Shown here in pieces: positions 21,326 through 30,647 of a DNA stretch of 32,000 nt. This DNA is from Patescibacteria group bacterium. Lineage in GTDB: Bacteria > Patescibacteriota > Gracilibacteria > BD1-5 > UBA2023. The notes under the pieces are model-generated. The model made no database searches. It saw only the letters and a list, made by a program, of their open reading frames with translations, and was not told the DNA's origin. Every line of letters begins with the position of its first letter. The stretch's first letter is position 1. Both the position numbers and the translations under genes were made by a program. The stretch lies in the NCBI GenBank assembly GCA_049293675.1, contig JBAQBR010000001.1, forward strand, positions 174,915 to 206,914, read 5' to 3'.

Positions 21326-21850
21326 ATGATGAATACTCTTGCTAAGCTCGCACAGAAGCCAACAGACCGAAACATTCGCATCACTCGTGTAGTTTTTGCA
21401 CTCATACTCATCGCAATTATCTACTTCGGATACGATGTTACTGCTGTGAACTTCGGACTCCCTACCGAGCTCAAGTACGGACTCTACCTCTTCCCTGCCA
21501 TCGGACTTGTTCGTGGGCTCCTCGATCCAGGAATTGTGAGAAAGTGAATCTGGAGATGGGTTATCACGGGACTCGGAGGACTCATGCTCCTCATCTCACT
21601 CATCCTCATCGATGACGTACAAGAGACTACAACTACAGTTATCCCAACCACTGTATCAGGCGAGACGGGCGTCAGTATCTCTGATCTCACTGCAACTCCA
21701 GAGTCATCATCCCCATTCTCTCTCTCGACTGATAACTGGTTTGGATTCTTCGGGCCGATACTCATAATTATCTGATTCCTCCTCAATGGAAAGAACATCA
21801 CGATGAAGAATGAACGATACGGAGAAGTTATCAAAAAGATACGAGTATAA
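21326..21850 (+). CDS. small membrane protein (possibly DUF2892/YgaP-like N-terminus)
   Basis: 174 aa, 2 in-frame TGAs, TAA stop at 21848-21850. MMNTLAKLAQKPTDRNIRITRVVFALILIAIIYFG plus at least three further hydrophobic segments and a Thr/Ser-rich linker. The functional assignment is weak. Confidence 0.75.
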
Positions 21851-21862
21851 AAACAGAAGTTT

Positions 21863-21893
21863 AAAAAAGAGCAGAAAAACCTGCTCTTTTTTT
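21863..21893 (+). terminator. rho-independent terminator
   Basis: Stem agagcag (21868-21874) / ctgctct (21881-21887), then a T7 run, with an A6 run upstream. Confidence 0.75.
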
Positions 21894-21920
21894 GACAAAA
21901 AGAAAAATACCTGTTACTAT
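21892..21920 (+). promoter_or_regulatory. near-consensus sigma70-type promoter with no protein gene downstream
   Basis: TTGACA (21892-21897), exactly 17-nt spacer, TACTAT (21915-21920). Confidence 0.5.
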
Positions 21921-21926
21921 TCTTAT

Positions 21927-22186
21927 GTCTACTTCGTGAAGAACGGTATACTTCACATGCCAACCAAAATACATACAAATAATACCTGTATAATCTATAC
22001 AAATCGTGCACACCAAAAAGGTGGCACAAAACACAAATACACGAGCTGGTCATCCTCAATCAACAGACCAAAACGCAGTAGACCATAGATTTTCTCAAAG
22101 TGAAGATAAGAGAAAATATAAAATCCCCACTCTCGGCTCAAAAATTTCATTTTAATAGCCACGTTATGAGAGACGGGGATTTTTAT
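21927..22186 (+). ncRNA. candidate unclassified small RNA (about 260 nt) between promoter 21892 and hairpin 22120-22183
   Basis: The spacer between the two convergent genes is 335 nt, unusually long for this compact genome. It has a promoter at its start and a hairpin plus T-run at its end. Local hairpins: gtgaag/cttcac (21936-21956) and gtgcacacc/ggtggcac (22006-22027). The 5-prime TCTTAT..CTTC can pair with GAAGATAAGA (22102-22111). Only 22-aa and 43-aa ORFs are present. No known RNA family recognised by eye. Confidence 0.3.
22120..22183. terminator. long imperfect hairpin acting as ychF terminator (and possibly for the plus-strand unit)
   Basis: Outer stem aaaatcccc (22120-22128) / ggggatttt (22175-22183). 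Inner stem ctctc (22130-22134) / gagag (22168-22172). T-runs on both strands. It starts 3 nt after the ychF stop. Confidence 0.6.
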
Positions 22187-23274
22187 TACGCACCAAACTT
22201 AAACAACATCACATCTCAGTCCTGGACGATATATTCTTTCCCCTCCATTCGGACTTTTCCCTTCTCACGAGCACCACTCCATCCACCGAATTCAACAAGG
22301 TCTTTCCAATTGACGGTTTCTGCTTTTATGAACTTCTTCTGGAAGTCAGTATGTATCACACCTGCAGCCTCAGGTGCTGTATCACCCTGATGGATTGTCC
22401 ATGCGCGCACCTCTATCTCCCCTGCTGTGAAGTAATACTGGAGACCGAGAAGTGTATAACACGTCTTGATGATCGCATCCATAGGATTGAAGTCGATACC
22501 CATATCTGCAAGGAACATCTTTTTGTCCTCTTCAGAGAACTCGAGCATATCCATCTCGATCTTGGCACTCACAGGAAGGACTGGAATCTTGGCATCAGTA
22601 ATCCCTGTGATAGTACGGAGTTCTGATTCTGGAGTATTGACCTTGTCCTCTGTGAGATTGACCGCATAGATGAACGGCTTGTTCGTGAGGAGATGGAGAT
22701 CATATATAGACTTTTTCTCTTCATCAGTCATCTCCATAAGAGATGTAACCTTCCCATCTTCGAGGTGAGCCTTGAGGCGAGCATAGACATCTTCACGAGA
22801 CTTGGCTTCCTTGTCACCTGCACGGACCTTTTTACTATTGTCGCCAATTCGCTTGTCGAGGGTCTCGAGGTCAGCGAATATGAGTTCGAGGTTGATAATC
22901 TCGATATCTCGCTTCGGGTCGACAGAACCTGATACATGATGCACATTGGAGTCATCAAAAGCACGCACCACCTGAAGAATCGCATCAACAGATCGGATAT
23001 GTGAGAGGAACTTGTTTCCGAGGCCTTCGCCCTTGGACGCTCATTCGACGAGTCCAGCAATATCGACGAATTCAACATTGGCAGGAATAGTTTTGGCTCC
23101 GTTCACTACAACGCGTATCTGCTCGAGACGGTCATCGTTGACATTCACGATACCAGTATTTGGTTCGATAGTACAGAATGGGAAGTTCGCAGCCTCGGCT
23201 GCATATGACTTGGTGAGAGCATTAAAGAGAGTGGATTTACCAACATTCGGGAGACCGACGATACCAACTTGCAT
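22186..23274 (-). CDS. ychF: redox-regulated ATPase YchF (Obg-like GTPase family)
   Basis: 362 aa. [21 protein letters not shown]...[26 protein letters not shown]...[14 protein letters not shown]. The track ORF end at 22216 is a TGA; the real TAA stop is at 22188-22186. Confidence 0.95.
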
Positions 23275-23292
23275 GAGAAAAAAGAAAAAGTA

Positions 23293-23535
23293 TTAAAATT
23301 CACGTATTACCTTCGAGGAACTATCTTTCAGTGAACTGGGCTGTATATCATCAGTGAGGACACGATATCCACCGAAGAGTGCTATCAAGACAACGAGAAC
23401 GATATAGATCCTAAGAACAGGATTGATATATCGTGAATACTGTCTGAATTCACCTATGTGCATCATCACAATAGCGATAAATACAAAAAGTGTGAGAACA
23501 CAGAGAATGTATATGCCAAAAAGAATCCAGTTCAT
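23293..23535 (-). CDS. small membrane protein (80 aa, 2 TM)
   Basis: Intact in the standard code, with a genuine TAA stop. Two hydrophobic spans: WILFGIYILCVLTLFVFIAIVMM and VLRIYIVLVVLIALFGG. Confidence 0.6.
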   Translation of the reverse strand: MNWILFGIYILCVLTLFVFIAIVMMHIGEFRQYSRYINPVLRIYIVLVVLIALFGGYRVLTDDIQPSSLKDSSSKVIREF

Positions 23536-23605
23536 AAATTCTAAAAAAGTAAAAGGAGTATATAATATTTGGATTATTTCGCAAGAATAATAAGAGAATA
23601 TTATA

Positions 23606-24187
23606 CTAATTACAGAGGTCTTCCCCTGAACGTCGTATCTCAGTACGTCCCGTTCTCCGATCGAATACGATTTTTTTGGCCATATCTATGTATCGAACTT
23701 GGATTTCGAGAACGTTGGCATCAGCAGGAAAAGGTGCACTTGCACCAGTAAATGTAGTTCCATTTTTATCTATGATGATATCGACGGTATCCGTCATCCC
23801 ACTATTAGTTCATCGGCATCACTTGATAGACTGGATCTCGTACTTGGGATCATTGTCAAAAAATGGAGAAACAAGTGTTCCACTGAGAACCGTAGGGACA
23901 TAATGCCAAGAGACTCCATGATCGATACTTCCTGACCTAGATATAGTAATATTGGCTCAAGTTGTGCCTGTACTATACTGATCCATGCGTCACATCATCA
24001 CAGATACAGAGCTTGTATGGAGAATTCCTTGAATCTTATTAGCGATACGCTCAGCTTTTGTCATATTTTCTTGTGAACGAAAATTTATCTGAGAGACAAG
24101 AGCAAACATTGAACCAATTATGGCTATAACCACCATAATTTCTATCATTGTAAAGCCTGATTTGGAAAAAGAAAATTGCGTTTTCAT
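23606..24187 (-). CDS. type IV pilin-like / pseudopilin protein with prepilin N-terminal methylation motif
   Basis: 193 aa, joined across 6 TGAs (frame scanned), TAG stop at 23608-23606. The class III signal KSGFTMIEIMVVIAIIGSMFAL (G/FTMIE) is present. Confidence 0.8.
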
Positions 24188-24240
24188 AGCATTTTTTTAT
24201 GATATACGGGAAGTGTATATTTTCTTATCCTTTTTGCAAC

Positions 24241-24927
24241 ATGAAATCATCTATCCTTTTCGTCGCTTTCGGTTGTATTCTCAGTTTTGGACTCACCTCA
24301 ACTCTCTCAGCAGCAAGTGGTGACGCCGTTGAGTCTACTACCACAGAATCGGTTGTCCAAGTTGAGAATCCTCTTCTCATCGACTCTATAGATACTACAG
24401 ATGACATGCATATCAATGTTGTATTCAACCAGGATGTTATCCGCGAATCTGTACGTGTACGCATATCTAAGCAGAGTGACGAGTCCAATGTTCGTATTGA
24501 CTCATTCACAGGCGGGGAAGATGGTCGCTCTATCCAGGTTATACTCTCTGACTCTCTTGAAGCTAATACATCATACAAGATGACTATCATCAGTGCTATC
24601 TCTGAAGATGGAGTTATCATCAAGGATGGTGCTGACGGAATCAAGGAATTCAGTACTCCAGAAGATCTCAAAAAATACGTCGAAGAAACTATCGAGCTCA
24701 GCGCACCTGCCAATCCGAATGCAGTAATCGTAGAAGCATCTGGATCTCAGACAGGAGAACAGACTGGTGGTACAGTTCTCCCAAAACCAACTGAGCCAAC
24801 CGGAGAAAATCCACTCCCATCTACGACAGCAGAGGAACTCCCACTCACAGGAGTCAACTCAACAATATTTCTTGCTGTTGCTGGCGTACTTGCTCTTATA
24901 TTTGTATTACGTAGACGCCAAGCATAA
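24241..24927 (+). CDS. LPXTG-anchored surface protein with Ig-like (SbsA/Big_5-type) repeat region
   Basis: Signal peptide MKSSILFVAFGCILSFGLTSTLSAASG (the track's upstream ATG at 24199 adds 14 atypical residues). C-terminal sorting signal EELPLTG plus hydrophobic NSTIFLAVAGVLALIFVL plus RRRQA. No TGA inside. Confidence 0.85.
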   Translation: MKSSILFVAFGCILSFGLTSTLSAASGDAVESTTTESVVQVENPLLIDSIDTTDDMHINVVFNQDVIRESVRVRISKQSDESNVRIDSFTGGEDGRSIQVILSDSLEANTSYKMTIISAISEDGVIIKDGADGIKEFSTPEDLKKYVEETIELSAPANPNAVIVEASGSQTGEQTGGTVLPKPTEPTGENPLPSTTAEELPLTGVNSTIFLAVAGVLALIFVLRRRQA

Positions 24928-24939
24928 TACATCCACTTC

Positions 24940-24963
24940 AAACCGAGCTAGCCTCGGTTTTTT
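24940..24963 (+). terminator. rho-independent terminator
   Basis: Stem aaaccgag (24940-24947) / ctcggttt (24953-24960), followed by a T-run. Confidence 0.75.
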
Positions 24964-24982
24964 ATAGCCCTCTACCAAAATC

Positions 24983-26221
24983 ATGGAAAAGAAACATATT
25001 GACGCTACTCTCGTTTTTCTCATACTTGCCCTCGTAATATTCGGGCTTATTATGATGAGCTCTGTAAGTGTGTACTCGTCCAATACTGTAACAACGAAGA
25101 TGGTTGCTCTTGGTAAACTCACAGAAGGTAACAATTATTTTTATCTCTTGAGACACATGATGTATGTGGTTATCGGGGTGGTTGCTCTTGGTATCACATC
25201 GAAGATTCCATACACTTTCCTCGAAAAATACGCGAAACATCTATTTGGAGTTACACTGATTCTTCTTATATTGGTACTTTTTGTTGGTGAAGAGTACAAT
25301 GGTGCTAAGTGATGGCTCAATATCCCGTGAGTACCATCGATTCAGCCAGTAGAATTCATGAAGATAGGAATCATCATCTTCCTTGCATACTTTGCGAAGA
25401 AAAAAAGACATGTTATCAGTAGCCTCTTTGATGGATTTATTCCGTATTTTCTGATTGTTGGAAGTGTATTCTTTCTCCTTATTCTCCAACCAGACTTCTG
25501 ATCTATACTCATTATTGCACCAGTGGTTATTGCTCTGTATTTTGTGAGTGGAGGGAGCTCTCGCTATATTGGCTTCTCTATACTGATATGTCTTATCGGC
25601 GCTGTCAGCATCTATAGCATAGGAAAGATAGACCTAAAAAATAGTGAATGAAGGAATACAAATCCCCTCAATTATATCTCCCAGAGAATTGATAATTTTA
25701 TACGAGACAACAAGGAGCTCATCGAAAAACCAAACCCAGATGGAAAGGACTATCAGACAAAACAAGGACTCATCGCTATAGGAAGTGGTGGATTCTTCTG
25801 ACTTGGATTCTGAAAATCAATACAAAAATTCTGATATCTTCCTGAAGTTCAGTGAGACTTCATATTTTCAGTTATCGTAGAAGAACTCTGATTCCTTGGT
25901 GCATGTGTACTCATAGGAATCTATCTCATGATTGCATATCGCTGATATATAATTGCCCGTTCAGTCAAGGATATATTTGCTCAATACGTTGCGTTCGGAA
26001 TCACAACACTTATCTTTGTTCAGGCAGGGATCAACATCGGAGTCAACCTCAATATCATACCACTTACAGGAGTTACTCTCCCCTTCGTGAGCTATGGATG
26101 ATCTTCCCTCCTCTCTATGATGATATGTGTCGGAATCCTCCTCTCTATCTCTCGACATCGTGAATACCGTCCACAGAAGATTACGGATATATTCTCAGCC
26201 GAGAGACGTATTGTAATCTAA
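24983..26221 (+). CDS. ftsW: SEDS-family peptidoglycan polymerase/lipid II flippase (FtsW/RodA/SpoVE)
   Basis: 412 aa; frame scanned, 11 TGAs. SIQPVEFMKIGIIIFLAYF; GSGGFF-G-LGF-G-KS..YLPEVQ-G-DFIFSVIVEEL-G-FLG; IIPLTGVTLPFVSYG-G-SSLL (TGA 26099-26101 on the invariant Gly). FtsW and RodA cannot be told apart from this sequence alone. Confidence 0.9.
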
Positions 26222-26248
26222 AAAAAGACCGAATATTCGGTCTTTTTT
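26221..26248. terminator. bidirectional terminator between ftsW and ferredoxin
   Basis: Perfect palindrome gaccgaat/attcggtc (26227-26242), flanked by A6 and T6 runs. Confidence 0.8.
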
Positions 26249-26262
26249 GTGAATGTACGTAA

Positions 26263-26532
26263 CTAGATATCCTGATGCTCTATTGCGCCATTGGCGTACT
26301 CGCCATTTTCGTCCATTGGTTGCCAGCTGATGGCATTGACTGGACACGCAGATATAGAGTCATCAACATCACATCCTTCGTAGGTATCGAGTTTTTGTAC
26401 ACGAGAGAGTCCGTTGTCATCGAGTTCAAAAACGGTTCCAGATATAGCAGTACAAGCACTACAACCAATACACGTTGAGTTAACGTGTGGTTTTCGGAGC
26501 TTGGCGAGTTGTTCGGGAGTAAGGAGAGACAT
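26263..26532 (-). CDS. small ferredoxin (single Fe-S cluster)
   Basis: 89 aa, with CIGCSACTA ... SACPVNAI cluster ligands. Genuine TAG stop. Confidence 0.8.
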   Translation of the reverse strand: MSLLTPEQLAKLRKPHVNSTCIGCSACTAISGTVFELDDNGLSRVQKLDTYEGCDVDDSISACPVNAISWQPMDENGEYANGAIEHQDI

Positions 26533-26684
26533 AGAGGGTAATAGGTAATATTGTATAGTGAGTAATTAATCAAAAAAGTATATATACTCTTTTGATTTTT
26601 AGTTTTTATCTTTTAATTATTGATTGTTTTGTTTGCCTATTGTACAAAAATGATTAGTATTCGCAAGTAATTTTTTGCTTTCTT

Positions 26685-27977
26685 ATGAAAATTTCTCTTA
26701 AAAATATCTCTGTTTTTGATATCTGTTTTCGAATACTACTTATCTTGCTTCCTTTTACTACCATACTCTCGATATGGATGAAGCAAAAATTTGGACTTGG
26801 AGGTTTTGGTTTTTATAAAGAAGGACTCCTAGCTCTCATGTTCCTCTCTGTTGCTTGGTATCACGTACGTGGTAAGCTCAAGATACAGTGGTCATGGCTT
26901 GATGGACTCATCCTCGCATATATTGTGACGATGATTCTTGTGAGCTTTTTTACCACTGGAATTCCTGGGATTATCTATGGCGGTAGATATGATTTTAGTT
27001 TTCTCCTCGCCTTCTGGATACTCTATCATGGCTCAACACTCCTCTCTGGACATGTGAGTTATTATCTCAAGATATTTCTTATCTCTGGAGGTATTATGTT
27101 GTTCCTCTCAGGACTCCTAAAGTGGCCACTCTCAGAAGATATACTCCTATGGTTCGGATACTGTGGTAATCCCTCTAACTGGCAGGCCTGTGACGGTGTT
27201 CCACCAATATTTCATGGGATAGATGGGGCCAATGTGCGTAGATTCCAGTGACTCCTCGATGGACCTAATACTATGTGAGCCTTCCTCATACTATTCTCTG
27301 GTATATTTGCATATTATATGCGTATGAAGCGAGAGTGGTACTTCGTGACAGGGATCATAATGATCGGACTCCTCATGATGATTGTCTATACATACTCTCG
27401 CAGTGCACTCCTCGGAGCACTCTGAGGCATAGGTGTTGCCGTAATATGGAGCATCAGGCCACTCTATAAAAAATACAAAAAACAATTCTTGACGATGATT
27501 GTAATAGGGATAAGTATCATGGGAATTCTTGGGATAAAATACGCAGACAGTGCTGGAGCAATACTCTGAAGGGCTGGGTCAACCAAGTGACACTTCGAGC
27601 GTATGCTTACCAGTATCGAGCGCTTCCAGGAGCATCCTATGGGTCAGTGACTCGCAAGTTCTGGACCTGCATATAGATATATCATAGATGTGGATGCGAG
27701 CAATATGGAAGAAAAAGATAAGTTCTATATCCCCGAAAGTTGGTATATCCAACAATTTGTCGAGTGAGGCGTCATAGGAGGTGTGCTTTTTCTCGCCATC
27801 ATGCTTCTGTTGTTCATTGCTCTCGTTGCCAAAAGTCCTATTCTCGGAGGGATGTTCGTGGGAGTTGGTATTATGAATCTTTTTCTCCATACGTTTGAGT
27901 CAAGTATCCTCGTGCTCCCTCTCTTCATGCTCATCGGACTCCTCCTGGGGGAAAAGAGGAGAAGCCATAAACAATAA
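26685..27977 (+). CDS. O-antigen ligase/polymerase (Wzy_C)-family integral membrane protein
   Basis: 430 aa; frame scanned, 7 TGAs. Ten or more TM segments. YTYSRSALLGAL-G-GIGVAVIW and -G-HFERMLTSIERFQEHPMGQ-G-LASSGPAY resemble the Wzy_C loop region. TAA stop at 27975-27977. Confidence 0.8.
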
Positions 27978-27982
27978 TCCCT

Positions 27983-29089
27983 GTGATAAAAATCCTCTTC
28001 GCATCCCGTCTCGTCCATGAAAAGTGAGTCGATATACTCATAGATTGTATAGAGTCTTTTGATCACGATGCTACACTAAAAGAGCAAATTGAGTGGCATA
28101 TATGTTCTGATGGTGATGCTCGAGAGACTATAATAGAACTCACAAAAAAATATAAAAACGTCACATACTATAGACGACTCTCTCAGGATAAGCTCCAAGA
28201 ACTCTATAAGCAAGTAGACATCCTCTTCATGCCGTCACGATTCCTTGAGACCTTCGGCCTCACGGCACTCGAGGCACTCACGAGTGGTACTCCTGTCTGC
28301 GCGCCAGCGAAGTGAGGTCTTCGTCCTTTTGTCACACTCGAGCTCACACTGGATGAATCACGTCCAGTAGAGTCCTTCCGTGAGATACTAGAAGAAAAAC
28401 TCCGATGAGAAACATGGGAACTTCCTGATATTCGGAACTTCAGTGAAAAAAATTGGAACAATAAACTCTCAGAGTTATTTGAATCAAGTAGCAATATCTT
28501 GATAGTACACGACTATGAGGAAAAAATAGGCTGAGCAGAGTACTATATCGAACTCGTGATAGAGTCACTTCGGAATCTATGAAAAAATGTGTCTTTTTAC
28601 GGATACAGAGGACAGACGACAGTATGGAAGAGGCGCATTATGTTCGTACTTTCTATATTTGCATTCTGGCGAGGTATCGCACTCTACAAGACACTCGAAG
28701 AGAGACAAATAGATACTATATGGATGCATTCAGTACTCAGATATATCGGACCTTGGTGAGTACTTGCCATAAGACTCTATAAGAGAAAACAAAAGATATA
28801 TCTCTCACACCATGATATCGGACTTCTTGCGGCTTTTCCTCAGGATATCACAGAAGAATCATCTATTCCGGTGGGTTCATCTCTTCAGGAATTTATCCCT
28901 GATACGAGCATGACAAAAAAGATCATCAGCGTAGGAAAATATCTCTACGTAAGAATTATCATTGCTCTATTACCAACAGAAACAACTCATATCATATTTG
29001 CACCGTTTCTTGAGGCGAATATCAGAGGACAATTCAGAAAAGATACAAAAATAGATACTTTCCCCCATAAGGCTATCGTCCGAACATAG
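27983..29089 (+). CDS. GT-B (GT4/group 1) glycosyltransferase with inverted domain order (C-terminal-type half first, N-terminal-type half second)
   Basis: 368 aa from GTG 27983 (5 nt after the preceding stop); frame scanned, 7 TGAs. Residues 1-115 are ILFASRLVHEKGVDILIDCI...DILFMPSRFLETFGLTALEALTSGTPVCAPAK-G-GL, the donor-binding C-terminal half. Residues about 170-368 are NILIVHDYEEKIG-G-AEYYIELVIESLRNL-G-KNVSFYGY...IDTIWMHSV...IYLSHHDIGL, the N-terminal-type half. TAG stop at 29087-29089. Confidence 0.8.
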
Positions 29090-30089
29090 TCTTGAGAAGG
29101 AGGATAAATCTCCCTTTTGGCGAGAGGGATATACAGAGTTTCGGTGAGAGCTTGACGAGATAGCCTCCGAACTTTTCCTTGAAGTCAGAGACTCACTTGA
29201 GGTGATCATCTGGATTATCTGGATCAGCAACTCAGAGGAAATCATAATATGGAATATTTTTCTTCTTGGCTTCCTGTATTGCGTGCCACTGGAGGAGGTA
29301 TGAACCCATGCGCTTACGATCTTCCTTGTCTGATGACGATGCACCATAGTAGTATATCGCACGAGCAGGCGTGAAGACGAATATACCTGCAACAATAGCA
29401 CGGCCTTCTGCCATACCGAAGTAGAGTCCACATCCATACTGAGCATATATCTCACGAAGGAATACCTCATAATATGCACGACTATTCCCTGCGAATCCAT
29501 CACGCGCAAGGGTATCTCCGAGAAGTCACATCCAGATATCGATATTTTCTTCTGTTAGGGGAACTGACTCAATAGTCACTCACCGCTTGACGGCGAGATT
29601 GATATGATACCTCCCCTTCTCTCGCATCTGTGCGAATATCTCATCTGGGGTTCCAGAGAGGTCAACTACGCGGTTGTATGGCGTGAGGAATTCCTTGTAC
29701 ACACGATTTCCACTTCCCTTGAGGAGGAGCATGAGAGGATTCTTTTTCTTATCAACTCAGAGTCCAGAGGCAATCATCCCAGTATCCTCGATTGGCTCAA
29801 CTTGGAGGAGAACGATTCCTTTTTTTCCTAGCTCCACCTTCAAGGCATCTATACAGAGGGTAAAATCAGACTGAATCTGAACAGTATTGGGTCCAAGAAC
29901 AAATGCTCCAAGCATCCCAAGCTTGAGCGTACGCACCTCCACCAAGAGAAAGGTTCCCTCTGTATTACCAAAATAAAATACCTCCTCTGCCTGATGGGAG
30001 TCTTCGAGTATGCGCTTCCAAGTATGTGACTGCCAGAATGAGAGCCCAGAATCATCGATAGACTCAGGCGGGAGAAAACTATATAACAT
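29073..30089 (-). CDS. FemAB-family peptidoglycan interpeptide-bridge aminoacyltransferase
   Basis: 338 aa; frame scanned and joined across 5 TGAs. ...GRYHINLAVKR-G-V...AIVAGIFVFTPARAIYYYGASSSDKEDRKRMGSYLLQWHAIQEAKKKNIPYYDFL-G-VADP..LK-G-VSDFKEKFGG. TAG stop at 29075-29073. It overlaps the convergent GT gene by 17 nt. Confidence 0.85.
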
Positions 30090-30133
30090 ATGAGAGAAAG
30101 TGTAGTAAAATCAAGGAAAAAGCAAGGAAAAAG

Positions 30134-30162
30134 TTGCGTAAAAAGAGAAAACATGTTATAAT
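30134..30162 (+). promoter_or_regulatory. sigma70-like promoter with extended -10 upstream of the STAS gene
   Basis: TTGCGT (30134-30139), 17-nt spacer that includes TGt, then TATAAT (30157-30162). Confidence 0.5.
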
Positions 30163-30183
30163 TCTCACCAAAGTTATAGGATT

Positions 30184-30588
30184 ATGGGTTCAATCTCATT
30201 TCCTAGCTCCTATTTTCTATCTCTTTCCACTATGCTCACGCAACTCGAAGTCAAAAAATCTAGTACCAATACAGGCGTAAAAATCTTCTCTTTCCATGGA
30301 GAACTCGATGAGACCAATGTTGACACAACTTTCCCGAATATCATCGCTGATATCGGTGATTTTACTGGTGCTCGTATCCTCTTCAACCTCGTTGAACTCA
30401 AGTATCTCAACAGTAAATCTATCGGATATATTGCTGACATAGCTCAACGCACTGAAGACGGAGGTGGCAAGTTCGCACTCTCCAATATCGGTACAGAAGT
30501 CCGCGATACGCTCGACCTCGTGGGTATTACTTCTATTGTTCCAGTGTTTGATGCTGAAGATGTTGCTCTCACAGAGTTGTCAAAATAA
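30184..30588 (+). CDS. STAS-domain protein (anti-sigma-factor antagonist, SpoIIAA-like)
   Basis: 134 aa from ATG 30184. An internal ATG at 30232 would give a canonical 118-aa STAS protein starting MLTQLEVKK. FSFHGELDETNV...ARILFNLVELKYLNSKSIGYI...GGKFALSNIGTEVRDTLDLVGI. TAA stop. Confidence 0.8.
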   Translation: MGSISFPSSYFLSLSTMLTQLEVKKSSTNTGVKIFSFHGELDETNVDTTFPNIIADIGDFTGARILFNLVELKYLNSKSIGYIADIAQRTEDGGGKFALSNIGTEVRDTLDLVGITSIVPVFDAEDVALTELSK

Positions 30589-30647
30589 TAAAATGCATTG
30601 ACGAGAGATATAAAATAATTATTATACAAATATACAATATTAGAAAT

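Noticed and set aside
21957-22088. 43-aa basic peptide (MPTKIHTNNT...) or the 22-aa ORF at 21925 as protein genes in the long spacer.
   Set aside because: Both are short, low-complexity and without a recognisable family. The region is better explained as a structured RNA, but this is untested.
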